In this document: positions 44,230 through 59,169 of the stretch, in pieces
Layout of the letters: each line of letters begins with the position of its first letter
Numbering within the stretch: the first letter of the stretch is position 1
DNA from: Octopus vulgaris
Taxonomy: Eukaryota
Assembly: GCA_951406725.2 (NCBI GenBank)
Contig: OX597817.1
Location: 163,556,001 to 163,620,000 of the forward strand
DNA: 64,000 nucleotides
Direction: 5' to 3'
The notes under the pieces: model-generated
Databases searched by the model: none
Seen by the model: only the letters and a program-made list of their open reading frames with translations
What the model was told of the DNA's origin: nothing
Translations under genes and position numbers: made by a program

Positions 44230-45149
44230 TGTCACGTTATTAGCTTGACCTGCTGGGAAAAGCAACTAAATCTCCCTCAAATTTCACTACACCGTCTTAC
44301 AAAAGAAATGACACATTTAGTAATATGTTCACTGTTTGAAAAAAATAACAACTACAACAAAAATACGACAGATTAAAATAGTAATCAACCAAACAAATAT
44401 TTTATTCATCATTTTGTGAAGTAACTCTGATCAAAGTCATTGAAAATGCAACCAACTTGTTTAAAAATAGATACAGATAAGCTGATAAAATACCAAGTAC
44501 CTGAGATTACGATCTTTTTGTGTTGCAGTTTGAAGTATGTCTAGAGTATAAAGAAAAATACATTTTTACTACGAGAAATTTTATAACTGAACAAATTGAA
44601 TCTATTGTATTTCATGTTTATTATTAGAAAATAATTGACTACTTTTAAAGACATCTAACATAATTGATGAGCCGCTGTGACAAAGATCCACCTCATAAGA
44701 GAAGAGACTGTAGTTGAATGGCGGAAGAAGTTTTCTTAGTGAATAAATTGAATGGCTTCTTTGTTATATCTGTTGTTACGAAATCATATTGTCTTTTGAG
44801 TTTATAAAAAGCATCTGCTGTGATTGATGAGACACTGAACAAATATCTTCCTTACGATTGATCAGTCTTTCAAGTACGTTATAAATATGATGCCAAGTTA
44901 ATGCAAGCAATAGCACTGATGCTTTCGTTCTCTACGTCTTCAGTTTATTTTTGCTTTCAGATCAAGTCCATGCTGGGAAAACGCCTACAGATTGGTTCGA
45001 GCATATTTTTGTTATCGTGGATTGAGCCGTAGTGGAAAACATCTTTAGATTTTTATTTCAGTTCGTGTTAGCGATCGCAGTTGGGGACATGCGCGAGCAA
45101 CATCAATGGATTTATTTTAGAACGTTTCAACCCTTACAACAAGGTTAAA

Positions 45150-45298
45150 GTGGCATAATGCACATGGTGCTTCCCAGCCACGTGGTTCTGAGTTCAGACC
45201 TACAGCATGGTGCCTTCGGCACATGTCTTCTGGTATAGCCACGGATCGAGCAAGTTTTGTGAGTGGATTTCGTAGAGGGAAACTGAAAGAAGCTCGTA
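45150..45298 (+). mobile_element. Old SINE B 5' half
   Basis: gagttcagacc...ttgtgagtggatttcgtagagggaaactgaaagaagc. Confidence 0.7.
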
Positions 45299-45346
45299 TG
45301 TATGTATGTATGTATGTATGTATGTTTGTATGTATGTATGTATGTA

Positions 45347-45376
<30 letters not shown>

Positions 45377-45384
<8 letters not shown>

Positions 45385-45718
45385 AAAAATATGGTAAAGT
45401 AAAAGAATTCACTTTACCACACACCGAACTTTTCGAAATAGCAGCCAAAAACTTGGCTATTTCTTCAACTGTAAATAAAAGTCTCCAGACAATGCATACT
45501 CAGAAAAATAACTCACATAGGAATAAGGGAAGAACAATGAAAGATCACATAATAACTCACATAGGTTTCCCTTATTCCTATGTGGTTATTTTCTGAGTAT
45601 GCATTGTCTGGAGACTTTTATTTGCAGTTGAAGAAATAGCCAAGTTTTTGGCTGCTATTTCGGAAAAGTTCGGTGTGTGAAAGTGAATTCTTTTACTTTA
45701 CCATATTTTTATAAATTA
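45377..45718. repeat. Long inverted repeat (arms about 155 bp, spacer 35 bp) in a (TA)n-flanked insertion (45377-45813)
   Basis: 45377-45531 is the near-perfect reverse complement of 45567-45718. Confidence 0.95.
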
Positions 45719-45808
45719 ATACTTCAAATATACCGTAAATGGTCTTTACATACCGAATACTGCTTGGTCGAATTTGTTAATAATTAATTGATTCGACCAT
45801 TTTCTCAT

Positions 45809-45872
<64 letters not shown>

Positions 45873-46202
45873 CCGAAGAGAGAGATAGAGAGAGAGAGAG
45901 AGAGACGAAGAGAGAGAGAGAGAGATGGGCAATTATGCAGATAGACAAATAAGACACATAAATTTTTTTTATCCGCATATTTGGCTCTATAACCGCTCAA
46001 CTCGATCCCTCTTATAGCCTTTTTTTACCTTGTGGAATCGATCACTTGTAAACACGTCAGTGTCAAATTTTGAATCTTTTGCGCATTACTAAGTGCCGTC
46101 TATAAGTGTGTATGTGTGAGTGTGTGTGTTTGTGTGTGTGTATGTATGTGTGTATGTGTATGTATGTATGTATGTATGTATGTATGTATGTATGTATGTA
46201 TG

Positions 46203-46237
<35 letters not shown>

Positions 46238-46239
<2 letters not shown>

Positions 46240-46442
46240 CGGGAAGGTTGACGAAAATAAACAAAAGACGAAGCAGGTGGAGTACAAACAAACAAATGTA
46301 TTAGTATGGCGCTCAGGAATAGAAATAAAACAAGTCTTTTACGTTTCGAGCCTACGCTCTTCGACAGAAAGATACACAGAAAAAAACAAGGAGAGAAACA
46401 AGGAGAGAAAAAATGCGTGTAGGAGCTAACAATCTATCATGT
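46238..46442 (-). mobile_element. Second copy of the hammerhead-bearing (TA)n-inserted element
   Basis: Colinear with 29757-29970. Confidence 0.75.
46335..46372 (-). ncRNA. Minimal type-I hammerhead ribozyme fold, A6U core variant
   Basis: TCTTT CTGTCGA A GAGC GTAG GCTC GAAAC GT A AAAGA. Confidence 0.65.
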
Positions 46443-46484
<42 letters not shown>

Positions 46485-46715
46485 TGCATGTATAAGTACA
46501 TATATACATATATACGTACGCATTGACAGAAAAGACGAAACTAGACGTCTAGTCTCAGGATTCCTGAAGCGGTTACCCCCTCTGTTCAGCATGTGTGTAT
46601 ACATTTGCGCGCTTAGTACAGCATTAAGCGTATTTTAACTTTTACTTCTAGTAATGAATATGTTTGGCACTCTTAGTCACACTTAGCGACGACTGATTTT
46701 TTCTTTATATACATA

Positions 46716-46765
<50 letters not shown>

Positions 46766-47035
46766 CTTGCAGAAGGAAAAGATTACTATTAATATTTATG
46801 TTTGAAACTTTTTTTTCTCAGCTCCATTTTAATGTAGGTGCTTCTTCAGGTGTCGCATTTTCATTAATCTCAAGTTGAAAAGAGTTCCACGTGTGTTACC
46901 ATACGATCGGATTTCTCAGGGAATTAACAGGTGGTAGCCAATAAAGAAGCACAGGAGCTTTTAAGAGCTTATCCTGAGGCTTTTGTCCGAACAAAACTAA
47001 ACATGTACACACACACACACACACATATATATATC

Positions 47036-47066
<31 letters not shown>

Positions 47067-47584
47067 ACATACATATTGACATGTGTTCGAAAAGATAATT
47101 AAAAGAGCTCGCGCACTCTAAAAAGAAACTTCTCTCCAAAAAGATTAGTGACGTTCTGATAAAGAACTTACATTTTTAAAAAAGTGATTTGAAGAAAAAT
47201 CTTTTTTACACTTAGTAAAACTGTACCTAGTAATTTTCACAAAGATTAATGTGTGTGTGTGGTGGGGTGTGCATGGTAATGCTTCCACTAGTAGAAAAGC
47301 ACTCGATTAACTAAGGGAGTAAAGATAATCTTAAATTAAAAGTCACACATTTTGCCAATAGCTTTCCAAGTTTTCCTGGTCGAAATAATCATTTATTCTG
47401 CTATTTATCAAGCTGAATGCAAGACTGTTTGTCAGTTGTCTTTTGAGCAGATAACTTTTAAACAAAAGGAAGCTTATCGTGAAGGCAAAAAAGAAAAAAA
47501 GGGAGATAACCAGCGTAACAATAATTCGATGTACAGTAGATGAAAAGCAAATAATAATGGCTTATTAAGTGTCCGGTGGTCTGC

Positions 47585-48020
47585 TTTTAAATTTTGACAA
47601 GATGTATTTTTTGAAATGTGAAGATAAAAAAAAATAATTCACGAATTTATGTATCCGTTGGAGGTTCTCAAGTGTTTTGATAGATACATTTTTTTCAAGC
47701 GAGCACACTGAACATTTTTTAGACCCGTTAATTTAGAATCTGGAATTAGAGAAGATTTTCCATTTGATACCGAAATTGGTCCTTTGTCTTTAATTTTCCG
47801 CATTAAAACCGAAAGTGTTGTTGAAGATTTCTTATCACGGTACTTAAAATTCGTAAGATGGTTGTTATATCTAGGTTTAAACTTTCCTTCCACGGTTCCG
47901 ATACAACTTTTCATATTTGTACGACCATTGTCGTAGTTTGCTGAAACCTGTGATTTATAAACAACGGAAAATATATCGCACTTCTGTCCAGGGGAGGATT
48001 GTTTTACTTCCTGCCCGTGT
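47585..48020 (-). mobile_element. Decayed Penelope-like element GIY-YIG endonuclease fragment
   Basis: SVVYKSQVS...KSCIGTVEGKFKPRYNNHLTNF...STTLS matches the PLE GIY-YIG pattern VVY...YIG....FK.R..NH; frameshifted. Confidence 0.8.
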
Positions 48021-48659
48021 TCATTTTATATACAGTTGAATGCGCAGTTAGCATAACCCTTAGTTTATGCTTGTAGGAAAAGGCATTGCATTTGGTTATT
48101 GTTCATGCTGGCATCTGGCTATTGTTCCTTTGAAATTTTTAGGATGTTAGCAGAATATGGTTACCATTGTATAATTTACAAATTATTTATCCTTCAATTT
48201 TATTAGTTGACTTTTTTCATTTGATTACTTTTCGTACAAGAAAATTAACTTCTGATTATCCTGTTCCTATTCTCCTGTTTTTCTTAATTTTTTTCTTCGC
48301 TATAGATTATTAGTAGTAGTAAAGGCATCTCTGATATCCTAATTATCTCATCTTAGTATATTATTAAAAATGGGCTAAATATAAACATGGTAGATAACCG
48401 ATTATGTGACAAAGGGAATCTAGTAAATAGCTAAGGATATTTTTATGATCGCTTCTGCTTTTGCTGTAGTTCTGTCATGGCTCATATATTAATTTGAAAG
48501 GCTATGCCTATCAATTATAATTTCACAAAAATTATAAGATCAATGTATGTAAACGGTATGGAATTAATAAAAGCTCATAAAGTAGTCTTTAAAGTACAGA
48601 TGGTAATATCTTACCTTTAATGTATTTCAATAGAGCCCATAGTAGATATACTATATTAC

Positions 48660-48890
48660 CTATTTCTTTATTACCCACAAGACGCTAAACATAGAGGGGA
48701 CAAACAAGGACAGATATAGGTATTAAGTCGATTACATCAACCCCAGTACGTAACTGGTACTTATTTAATCGACCCCGAAAGGATGAAAGGCAAAGTCGAC
48801 CTCGGCGGAATTTGAACTCACAACGTAACGGCAGACGAAATACTGCTAAGCATTTCGCCCGGCGCGTTAACGTTTCTGCCAGCTCGCCAC
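48660..48890 (-). mobile_element. SINE A (tail A1)
   Basis: Matches the A consensus. Confidence 0.92.
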
Positions 48891-49702
48891 CAGTACTGCG
48901 TCAGTTTTATTGTGACTCTTTATGAATAGTGAACACAGTAGGAATATTTCAATAAAAACTGATACTATATGTCAGTGTATGTTAAATGTACATGGTATTA
49001 TCAAATTTATCAAATACTTTTTTCTCTCCTACTAGCGACTCATAATCAACTTGAAAAATATCTAAAGTGTAAATATATTCCCAAAATATCACCTAAATTT
49101 GGTTAGTTTTGAGATAATGACATTTCAAAATATCAGCAAAGGATTTTAACTGTATGATAATTTTGAATGAAATACAAGAAGTGACGCCTCTTTAACTCCT
49201 TTGTTTAACACATCAGGTGATACATGATCACATTCTTAACATTTTCTAACCAGTGCATTATAGATCTCACTTTCCAAGGTTTTTCTAGTTGCTTCCACAA
49301 TTTACATTGAACGTTAGGAAGAAGCCAATCTATTGTTGCATCTTTCCCCCACTTTTCCCTACCAGATATAACAGTTCTTCATAACTTGCTGTCAGCAACT
49401 GAATTGTTACATTCACGTCTCCTTCCACTATTGAATTTTCATACAGTGACTGTGCTTCAAGGATCTCCTTGTTAATTCAGGGACATCATTTGTGCGAAAG
49501 CGTTTGTGTTAAAGTTAGCATTCAACATAAAAATGCCAAACTAGAAATAGATATATGCCGAGAAAAAAATAATGTTAATAATAGACTATTGGTAAAATCA
49601 ATATTATTCGAAAAGTACAGAAGACAAATTTGAAGATATTTCTGTCTTACTCCAAGAGAAGCACAGTCTCTTAGCTTGAGCTTAAATATCGTTTTTCATG
49701 TA

Positions 49703-50689
49703 TTAGGTTGACAACTAAGTTCCCACCGTTTTCTTAAGTTTAAATTTAAAGAAAGGTTTAATAAAAAAATAACAACTAATTAGTCAAAAATGTATTCACT
49801 CTTGTTGTTTATAACTTCTTCCCAACGTTCAACAAGATTTTCAATACCTCGTTGGTAGAAATCACCCGATTTCGACTCGAAAAATTAATTCAGCCAAGCT
49901 CTCAATTCTGCATCAGTATTGAACGAAACTCCGCACATAGCATTTGAAAGAGATCGAAAGAGGTGGAAATTCGTAGGTGCCAAATCAGGAGAGTACGGCG
50001 GGTGTGGCAGCACTTCCCAGCCATGCGTTTGAATGGCTTCCTTGGTCATATTGGCGATATCAGGGCGGACGTTGTTTTGCAGCAGGAGAACTCAATGCTG
50101 ACGATTAAATCTTTTCTCTTGAATAGCCGCGTTGAGTTGCTCCATCTGTTGAACATAGAGCAAGTAAACTAGCAGAGATTGTGACTCGTTGGTTTTTGTT
50201 GTTGTCACTTAAAGCATGCGGAACCCATGCTCCATACTTCTGAACCTTTCCCATCGAGTTAGATGCTTCTCTATAGCAGTGTGGGACCATTCCATTTTCT
50301 CTGCCAGTTCCCTTGTTGTTTGACGAGAATTTTCGTGCAAAAGTTGATTTAATCGCTCTTCATCGAACTCAACGGCCAAAACGAGGTGCGCCTTTGAGGT
50401 CAAAATTTCCATTTTTGAGGTTCTTTCAGCTATGGCACCCTCTCCATACACAGTACAAATGTCGTGAGCAGCTTTTGCGGCCTTAGAACCTTGATTCAAA
50501 GCAAAATGAAGGAGGTGTCGAAAATGCTCGTTTTTCCTAACTTGACATTTCATTTTAACGATCTGAAAATAAACAGAAATTAACTAAAATTAACTAGAAA
50601 AATAACCCCCAAAACAAAATAGATTCCAAAATCATTCAGAAATAAATTCCAAAATTTAAAAAGCGGCGGAAACTTAATTACAAACGCAT
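49703..50689 (-). mobile_element. Decayed mariner with internal deletion
   Basis: TIR ttaggttgacaactaagttccc and a degenerate partner near 50689; MKCQVRKNEHFRHLL..., KYGAWVPHALS, HPPYSPDLAP. Confidence 0.9.
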
Positions 50690-50975
50690 TAGATGGTACT
50701 TCTTAAATACTTACACCCTGAACAATTCTATTTTATGCTCTAATAAATATACAACATTGTACATTGACTTAGTGGCTCTGTTATCACTTCTATTGTCAAT
50801 ACGGTGGAATCTATTCTTCATTGAGGAAATAGTATAGTATGAATGGAGTTATCTTTTATATTTACATGTGTTTTTACTTTCCGCAGACGCATTTCTATCG
50901 AGTTCCTTTTTCCTTTTAATGCTGCATACATTAAATAATTAAATACTCCAATGTATCTCTCTGCTTGTTTGTCTG

Positions 50976-51320
<345 letters not shown>

Positions 51321-51797
51321 TTGTCTTTTTAGCTGCTTCCCTAAACTTTATTTCTAGTTAGAATTCCAATGTGCCTTACATTATGTTCTCACTATCTTAT
51401 TATTTCATTATTACTCTTGTATTTCAACAATACATTTCCGTTCATATTTCAAATTCCTCATCAATTCCATTAATCTTATTCATTACTTCTGCGTCTCTGA
51501 TGTAAGTGAATTCTAATATAGTACGAACGAAGATGTGGTGAACATTTTGAAATATATCTTCCTGAATTGTCAACTGAGTTTTCCTCTGCTCAGGTACAGA
51601 ACTGATTTAGAGATAGCTCTATTGTTAATAAAATGAATTCCATTGTTTTACTGGTACTGATCTTATCACCATCGGTGAAAATAATTGCATTTTATTCTGT
51701 CTGTATTTAAACTTATATCATTGCAGTAGGGAAATATCACTTGAGTGGCTGTGTGGTAAGTAGCTTACATACATACATGTATGTATGTATATATAAT

Positions 51798-51881
<84 letters not shown>

Positions 51882-51885
<4 letters not shown>

Positions 51886-52146
51886 GTGGAAAGGAACACA
51901 CGAGTTGATATATATGAAAAAACAAGTCAAAAATAGAAAATGCTAAGATAATTTTATAGTGAATCTTTCAGTAACGGTTTCGGTCATTTTGAGACCTTTT
52001 CAACTGTAACGATTAAATAATTAAATTTAGAAAAAATTAGAAGAAAAGTTTTTTTAAAAGAATATTTCTGTAGTAGTGTTCAGATATAAGTAGCATTCTG
52101 CCTTTCTCTGACTCCCTTGTTTGCACTTGTGTGTTCGAGGTCGAAT
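51882..52146 (-). mobile_element. Short (TA)n-inserted element (probable Penelope-like pseudo-LTR) with a hammerhead
   Basis: Microsatellite on both sides; hammerhead fold at 51962-52014. Confidence 0.65.
51962..52014 (-). ncRNA. Type-I hammerhead ribozyme fold with compensatory U3-A8 core
   Basis: AATC G TT A CAG TTGAAAA GGTC TCAAAAT GACC GAAAC CG TTA CTG AA A GATT. Confidence 0.7.
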
Positions 52147-52165
52147 ATATACATACATACATACA

Positions 52166-52255
<90 letters not shown>

Positions 52256-52465
52256 ATACTAGTTCAGTTTTATTCTAACTAGAGGCCTTTATTTCTAAAC
52301 TAATTGTACCGAACGAATCCATTTCCTTACTGATGCATTCATACTTAATGTCAAATTGTTAAATTATTTAAATGTATTTTTTACATTTACTTCTTTTATT
52401 GATCTTTCTGTGTTTTCCCCAGGCTCTCTTCTCAGTTATGGAAAATATCATTCGATGGAGGTATA

Positions 52466-52887
52466 TACTCTTTTACTCTTTACTCTTTTACTTGTTTCAG
52501 TCATTTTGACTGAGGCCATGCTGGAGCACCGCCTTCAGTCGAGCAAATCGACCCCGGGACTTATTCTTTGTAAGCCCAGTACTTATTCTATCGGTCTCTT
52601 TTGCCGAACCGCCAAGTGACGGGGACGTAAACACAGCAGCATCGGTTGTCAAGCAATGCTAGGGAGACAAACACAGACACACAAACATATACACACACAC
52701 TTATATATATATATACATATATACGACAGGCTTCTTTCAGTTTCCGTCTACCAAATCCACTCACAAGGCATTGGTCGGTCCGGGGCTATAGCAGAAGACA
52801 CTTGCCCAAGATGTCACGCAGTGGGACTGAACCCGGAACCATGTGGTTGGTTAGCAAGCTACTTACCACACAGCAACTCCTGCGCCT
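52466..52887 (-). mobile_element. SINE family B, full length
   Basis: (tactcttt)x3 tail; matches the B consensus. Confidence 0.93.
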
Positions 52888-53354
52888 ATGTAAAAGTAAA
52901 GTAAATCCTCTTGACATTACTCAATTTGTAGAACTCAAAGGGCCGATTACCCGATTTTCATGACGTATAAGTGACGAAGATTGCAGAATTAATTCCGAAC
53001 GGAACGCGAGTTCGTTGCGGTGTTCATCATTTATAGCTCAATGGACCAATGCAGCATGGACTGAACTATTTTGTTAGAAAACACAACACACCGCCTGGCC
53101 CCAGAACGGAAACCTCGATCTTGCGATCGTTAGTGCAGCAGCACAAAAACGAGGCCGAAAATATTCAAATATGATTCATCTCTCAGAATGAGGCTAACAG
53201 TCTACAACGTCGTCATCATATAAACAGTAACACATCTCATCTGAAGCAAAGATGACAAGTTTACATATTACAATGTTGTACATTGTATCTACTTATATCT
53301 CAAGTTTATAGTTTGATGTTGGCATGTTCCATATGCGTGTGTTTGTGTGCGTGT

Positions 53355-54410
<1,056 letters not shown>

Positions 54411-54728
54411 TGTATACTGTTTTCTTATGTTCCGTTATTGGCGGGATCAACTAAAATAAATGTCATTCGATATATAAAGGATTTAATTACGGGCTGCTAT
54501 TCGTTTCATGCCTCTCATAATGCATTAGTCGGAGAAGCTTGTAATAGCGTCCGTGTCTTTTGAAGCAATAAAGCAGACTCAAAATATTTGGAGTCTGAAT
54601 GATTGCTTCGAAGTACATGGCACACTATAAAAGCAAGCTTGTCCGGCCATTGTACTTTCAGGGACATGATGCTAATAGAAACTCGAATTTAAATCTTGTG
54701 TATTTTAAAGGACACACACAGACACACA

Positions 54729-54811
<83 letters not shown>

Positions 54812-54814
<3 letters not shown>

Positions 54815-54984
54815 CGACGGGCTTCTTTCAGTTTCCGTCTACCAAATCGACTCACAATGCTTTGGTCGATCCGAGGCTGAGGCTATAGTAGAAGACACTT
54901 GCCCAAGGTACTACGCAGTGGGACTGAACTCGGAACCATGTGGTTGGTAAGCAAGCTACTTACCACACAGTCACTCCTACGCCT
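54812..54984 (-). mobile_element. SINE B 5' half
   Basis: Matches the B head; ends in the TA/CA tract. Confidence 0.88.
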
Positions 54985-55003
54985 ATATGTGTATATATAT
55001 ATT

Positions 55004-55034
<31 letters not shown>

Positions 55035-55104
55035 CTGTGTGTTTTGTGTGTACGTATATATAGGCTTGTGTGTATGAATACGTATGTATAAGTTTGTGCG
55101 TGCG

Positions 55105-55143
<39 letters not shown>

Positions 55144-55740
55144 CGAGTTCTTTTTCCCATTCTCGTCTTCAATATATCACTTCTCGATGCCTCTTGCAAT
55201 AAATATACAGTAGCACGAGACAAATTTATTTGGACTTTAGCATATGTCTGTGAATGTCGTTTATCACAAACGAAATATTGAATATAATGAACAAATTATT
55301 CAGACAGATCAAGCCAGTCCAAAAACAGCAGCAGTGACTTGTCGAGAAATGATTTTAAAAACTCTAATGTTCCCTCCGATAGAGATAAATACGGTTTTTA
55401 TGTTTGAAACGAACAGCAAGACAGATGAAATATTGAAGATCCTCATCTCCCTCTTCTGCACTACTAACACCGCCACTCTCATCCCTGACACAGTAACACC
55501 AGCTGTTATAACATTAACACAGACTTTGTCGTCGCATTCCTAAACAAATATATGTAATTACTAAATAAAAGTATAAACGTGCACGTACACACAAACCCGT
55601 GCTTACGATGTTCTATAGAAATTCGAGACTAGAATCTTCCTATTAAAAATAGAATCGGTTATTTTTTTTACTGGCGACCGAGAGAGTTGTAGTGGTGGTG
55701 GAGGTGATGGTAGTAGTAGTGGTTGTAGTAGTTGTAGTAA

Positions 55741-55773
<33 letters not shown>

Positions 55774-56251
55774 ATGGAGGTTTTTGTACTTTTCATTTCC
55801 TTTTTATAGTTTGTACACGACATTTGCCTGACAGTGAAATTATTAGAAGACTGACATTTTGTTTAACCTGGAACTTCCCTTCTACGATAATATTCTTGCA
55901 ACTGCCGTTACCACTGCTGTTGCTGTTGTTCGTTGTAGTCCCACAATTCTGTCTACTGTTCTCCTGTTATCATTATGGAATCGTTAATATGTCAATGTAT
56001 GTCACTACTAACACATTGAATAAAGAAAAGAACATTAAGTAGGACGTTTCGAATTGCTACATAATCTTCCATTACTGACACAGCAGGTATTATGGGATAT
56101 TTGTCTGTGTTTGATTAGCAGCCATTATCTCAGATATTACCATGTGGCTAAAATGTTCACCCACGTGATTTAATGTTTGATTTCACTGCGCGGAACTTGG
56201 ACTTGTTTTGAAATTTAACTCCTGATCGACCAAAGCTTGTAAATAAAATTC

Positions 56252-56309
56252 GGGTGATTTTGACTGAAGAGACAAAGTGATGTCGAAACGCCAGATGTTC
56301 CAGAGTCCC
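56252..56309 (+). ncRNA. Type-I hammerhead ribozyme fold with canonical core
   Basis: GATTTTG A CTGAAGA GACA AAGTGA TGTC GAAAC G CCAGA T GT T C CAGAGTC; all conserved core nucleotides present, one mismatch at the base of stem I. Confidence 0.72.
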
Positions 56310-57094
56310 TTTACGCTAATGAGTGGAGTGTGCTAAGAACACATATTCGTCTCCAAGGAGAAGTTGTTCTTCTAAAACGAAATTCGACAGCGATTAGCAT
56401 ATTCATGTTCGAATCTGCTGGAACATATTAAGAATAAATATGCAATTTATAATTTTGATTCTCTCTGTCCACCGTGCATATAATGGTTTATTACTTAATT
56501 TCTCGTTCGGTTAAATACCGACCCCTGGTATCCACTCTATTGGAAGCAATTGACCAGATATTTAATCTGAAGATAACTTTCCCCCTTCTATATACCAGTC
56601 AGAGAAACCTAAAAACATTAATGGGCAGTGCAAATTCGCATACAGCACCCCACCAAAAGAAAAAAATACCCACGCCCTTTTTCTTGAAATAATCAATGAA
56701 CCTTTATTAAATTAAACCATAATATCATCATTTGATTAAGTTCCTTTCCACTGAATTCTTACAATTTGAGGTGCAGTAAATGGCGAACAAGTTGATTGAT
56801 TTCTCGTGAGTAAAATTTCGTAATTGGAAACCGTGCGGAGACTCGTCGTAAATATGCGCACATGATTGTGTGTGCGTGTGTATGTGTGCGTGTATATGAG
56901 TGGTGTGTGTGTGTATAAATGTGTTCACTTATTATACATACGTATATGCATGCATGACTCTTCTTTGCGTTTTATTTAAGTTTTTCTTGAAAGAGGTCAA
57001 GCTGTTCGCTAACAAAGCGACTACACTTTTTGATGTATTTATGTCACTGTTCGATTCTATTTCAAGATGTCTCGTCAATAGAGACAAAGCCAGT

Positions 57095-57700
57095 TTCTAA
57101 CCTAGATCCAAGGTTCCTTCATTGAAGTTTCAACAGCAACTACAGGCTATTTTTGTATGAATGTATGTATGTATGTATGTATGTATGTATGTATGTATGT
57201 ATGTATGTATGTATGTATGTATGTATGCATGTATTATGTATGTATACGTGCAGACTTGTATGCTTTGATTTATGTATATCTTCTCATGCATATATTTGCA
57301 TATGTAGACATGCTCATATAGACTTAAATGATAAACTTCTGGAAAGCTTTACAGATTTTTACAGTTCCAGTGATGGATTGGATCTGTAGTCTTCGAATCA
57401 GCTTTCTCCTTTCCGGTGTTGAGAAGTCTAATTTCTCAAGATTGGTATTTAGGTATTGTGTTACATATACTAATGCCTCAATTATTATAGGTATAAACCT
57501 GAACTTGTAATTTGGATAGAGTAACTGCAGATTTCTCAATAGTTCAGTGTAGCTATTCACTTTTTCACTGATCTTCATTTTTATGCTAATATCCGCTGGG
57601 CAGCTAATTTCCACAACGGTGCACAGTTTCTCTTCTCTATCCCAAATCCTTATATCAGGTCTGTTGTGCTTATATGTCATTGAGGTTTTCACTGCGGCAT
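57095..57700 (-). mobile_element. R4/NeSL-type LINE 3' end (restriction-like endonuclease)
   Basis: KHNRPDIRIWDREEKLCTVVEISCP...EK...IPIIIEAL...ITGTVKICK (PD-(D/E)xK-type RLE). Confidence 0.85.
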
Positions 57701-57792
57701 TCCACTAGTATTCCTCTTTATTATGAGTGGCTATGGCTTCCACCATACTGTGGGTTCTTATTTCTTCGACCGCGAGGTTATTTTTCGACGGA

Positions 57793-57920
57793 TGTATGTA
57801 TGTATGTATGTATGTATGTATGTATGTATGTATGTATGCATGTGTGTGTGTATGTATGTATGTATGTATGTATGTATGTATGTATGTATGTATGTATGTA
57901 TGTATGTATGTATGTATGTA

Positions 57921-57953
<33 letters not shown>

Positions 57954-57970
57954 ATGTATGTATGTATGTA

Positions 57971-58003
<33 letters not shown>

Positions 58004-58032
58004 ATGTATGTATGTATGTATGTATGTATGTA

Positions 58033-58065
<33 letters not shown>

Positions 58066-58074
58066 ATGCATGTA

Positions 58075-58105
<31 letters not shown>

Positions 58106-58735
58106 ATGTATGTATGTATGTATGTATGTATGTGTGTGTGTGTATGTATGTATGTATGTATGTATGTATGTATGTATGTATGTATGTATGTATGTATGTA
58201 TGTATGTATGTATGTGTGTGTATGTATGTATGTATGTATGTATGTATGTATGTATGTATGTATGTATGTATGTATGTATGTATGTATGCATGCATGTATG
58301 TATGTATGTATGTATGTATGTAAGTATGTATGTGTGTGTGTGTATGTATGTATGTATGTATGTATGTATGTATGTATGTATGTATGTATGTATGTATGTA
58401 TGTATGTATGTATGTATGTATGTATGTATGTATGTATGTATGTATGTATGTATGTATGTATGTATGTATGTATGTATGTATGTATGTATGTATGTATGTA
58501 TGTATGTATGTATGTATGTATGTTTGTATGTATGAATAGATATGTGTATTTTTCCCTTGTCGGAAATAAAAGAATTTGAACAACACCTGCGTTTAACGCC
58601 ATTTATTTGTTTATTTATATGTATGTATGCATGTATGTATGTATGTATGTATGCATGTATGTATGCATGCGTGTATGTATGCATGTATGTGTGTATGTAT
58701 GTATGTATGTATGTATGTATGCATGTATGTATGTA
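57793..58735. repeat. Very long (ATGT)n with periodic (GT)m interruptions
   Basis: Direct reading. Confidence 0.97.
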
Positions 58736-58967
58736 TATTTCTTTATTGCCCACAAGGGGCTAAACATAGAGGGGACAAACAAGGACAGACAAAGGGATTA
58801 AGTCGATTACATCGACCCCAGTGTGTAACTGGTACTTAATTTATCGACCCCGAAAGGATGAAAGGCAAAGTCGACCTCGGCGGAATTTGAACCCAGAACA
58901 TAAACGGCAGACGAAATACCACAAAGCATTTCGTCCGGCATGCTAACGATTCTGCCAGCTCGCCGCC
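58736..58967 (-). mobile_element. SINE A (tail A1)
   Basis: Matches the A consensus. Confidence 0.93.
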
Positions 58968-59169
58968 TATGTATTCGTGTATGTTTGTAGCTACGAATGT
59001 ATGCATAGCCATTACTCACAACTGAGTTTGTACCAAGTTTACGCTAACAGTAGTTGAGTGGCCCATGTAGTTGAGAGGCAAGTTGAGCGTCCTCTCTCGG
59101 CCTTCGTATCTTTAGCCCAGAGGAACAAGCAAGATGTAGCAAGTGGAAGTAGAGAGGGATTCAGCAGTT

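Noticed and set aside
44915-44947. Minus-strand CTGAAGA..GAAAG motif (also CTGACGA T GAAAC at 32182)
   Set aside because: Supporting stems are missing; expected by chance.
45625-45670. TTGAAGA-stem-GAAA in the inverted-repeat arm as a ribozyme
   Set aside because: No stem I/III pairing and the core register is inconsistent.
46518-46572. GAAAC-TAGACGTCTAGTC palindrome as hammerhead stem III
   Set aside because: No proper CUGANGA with stems I and II in a compatible order.
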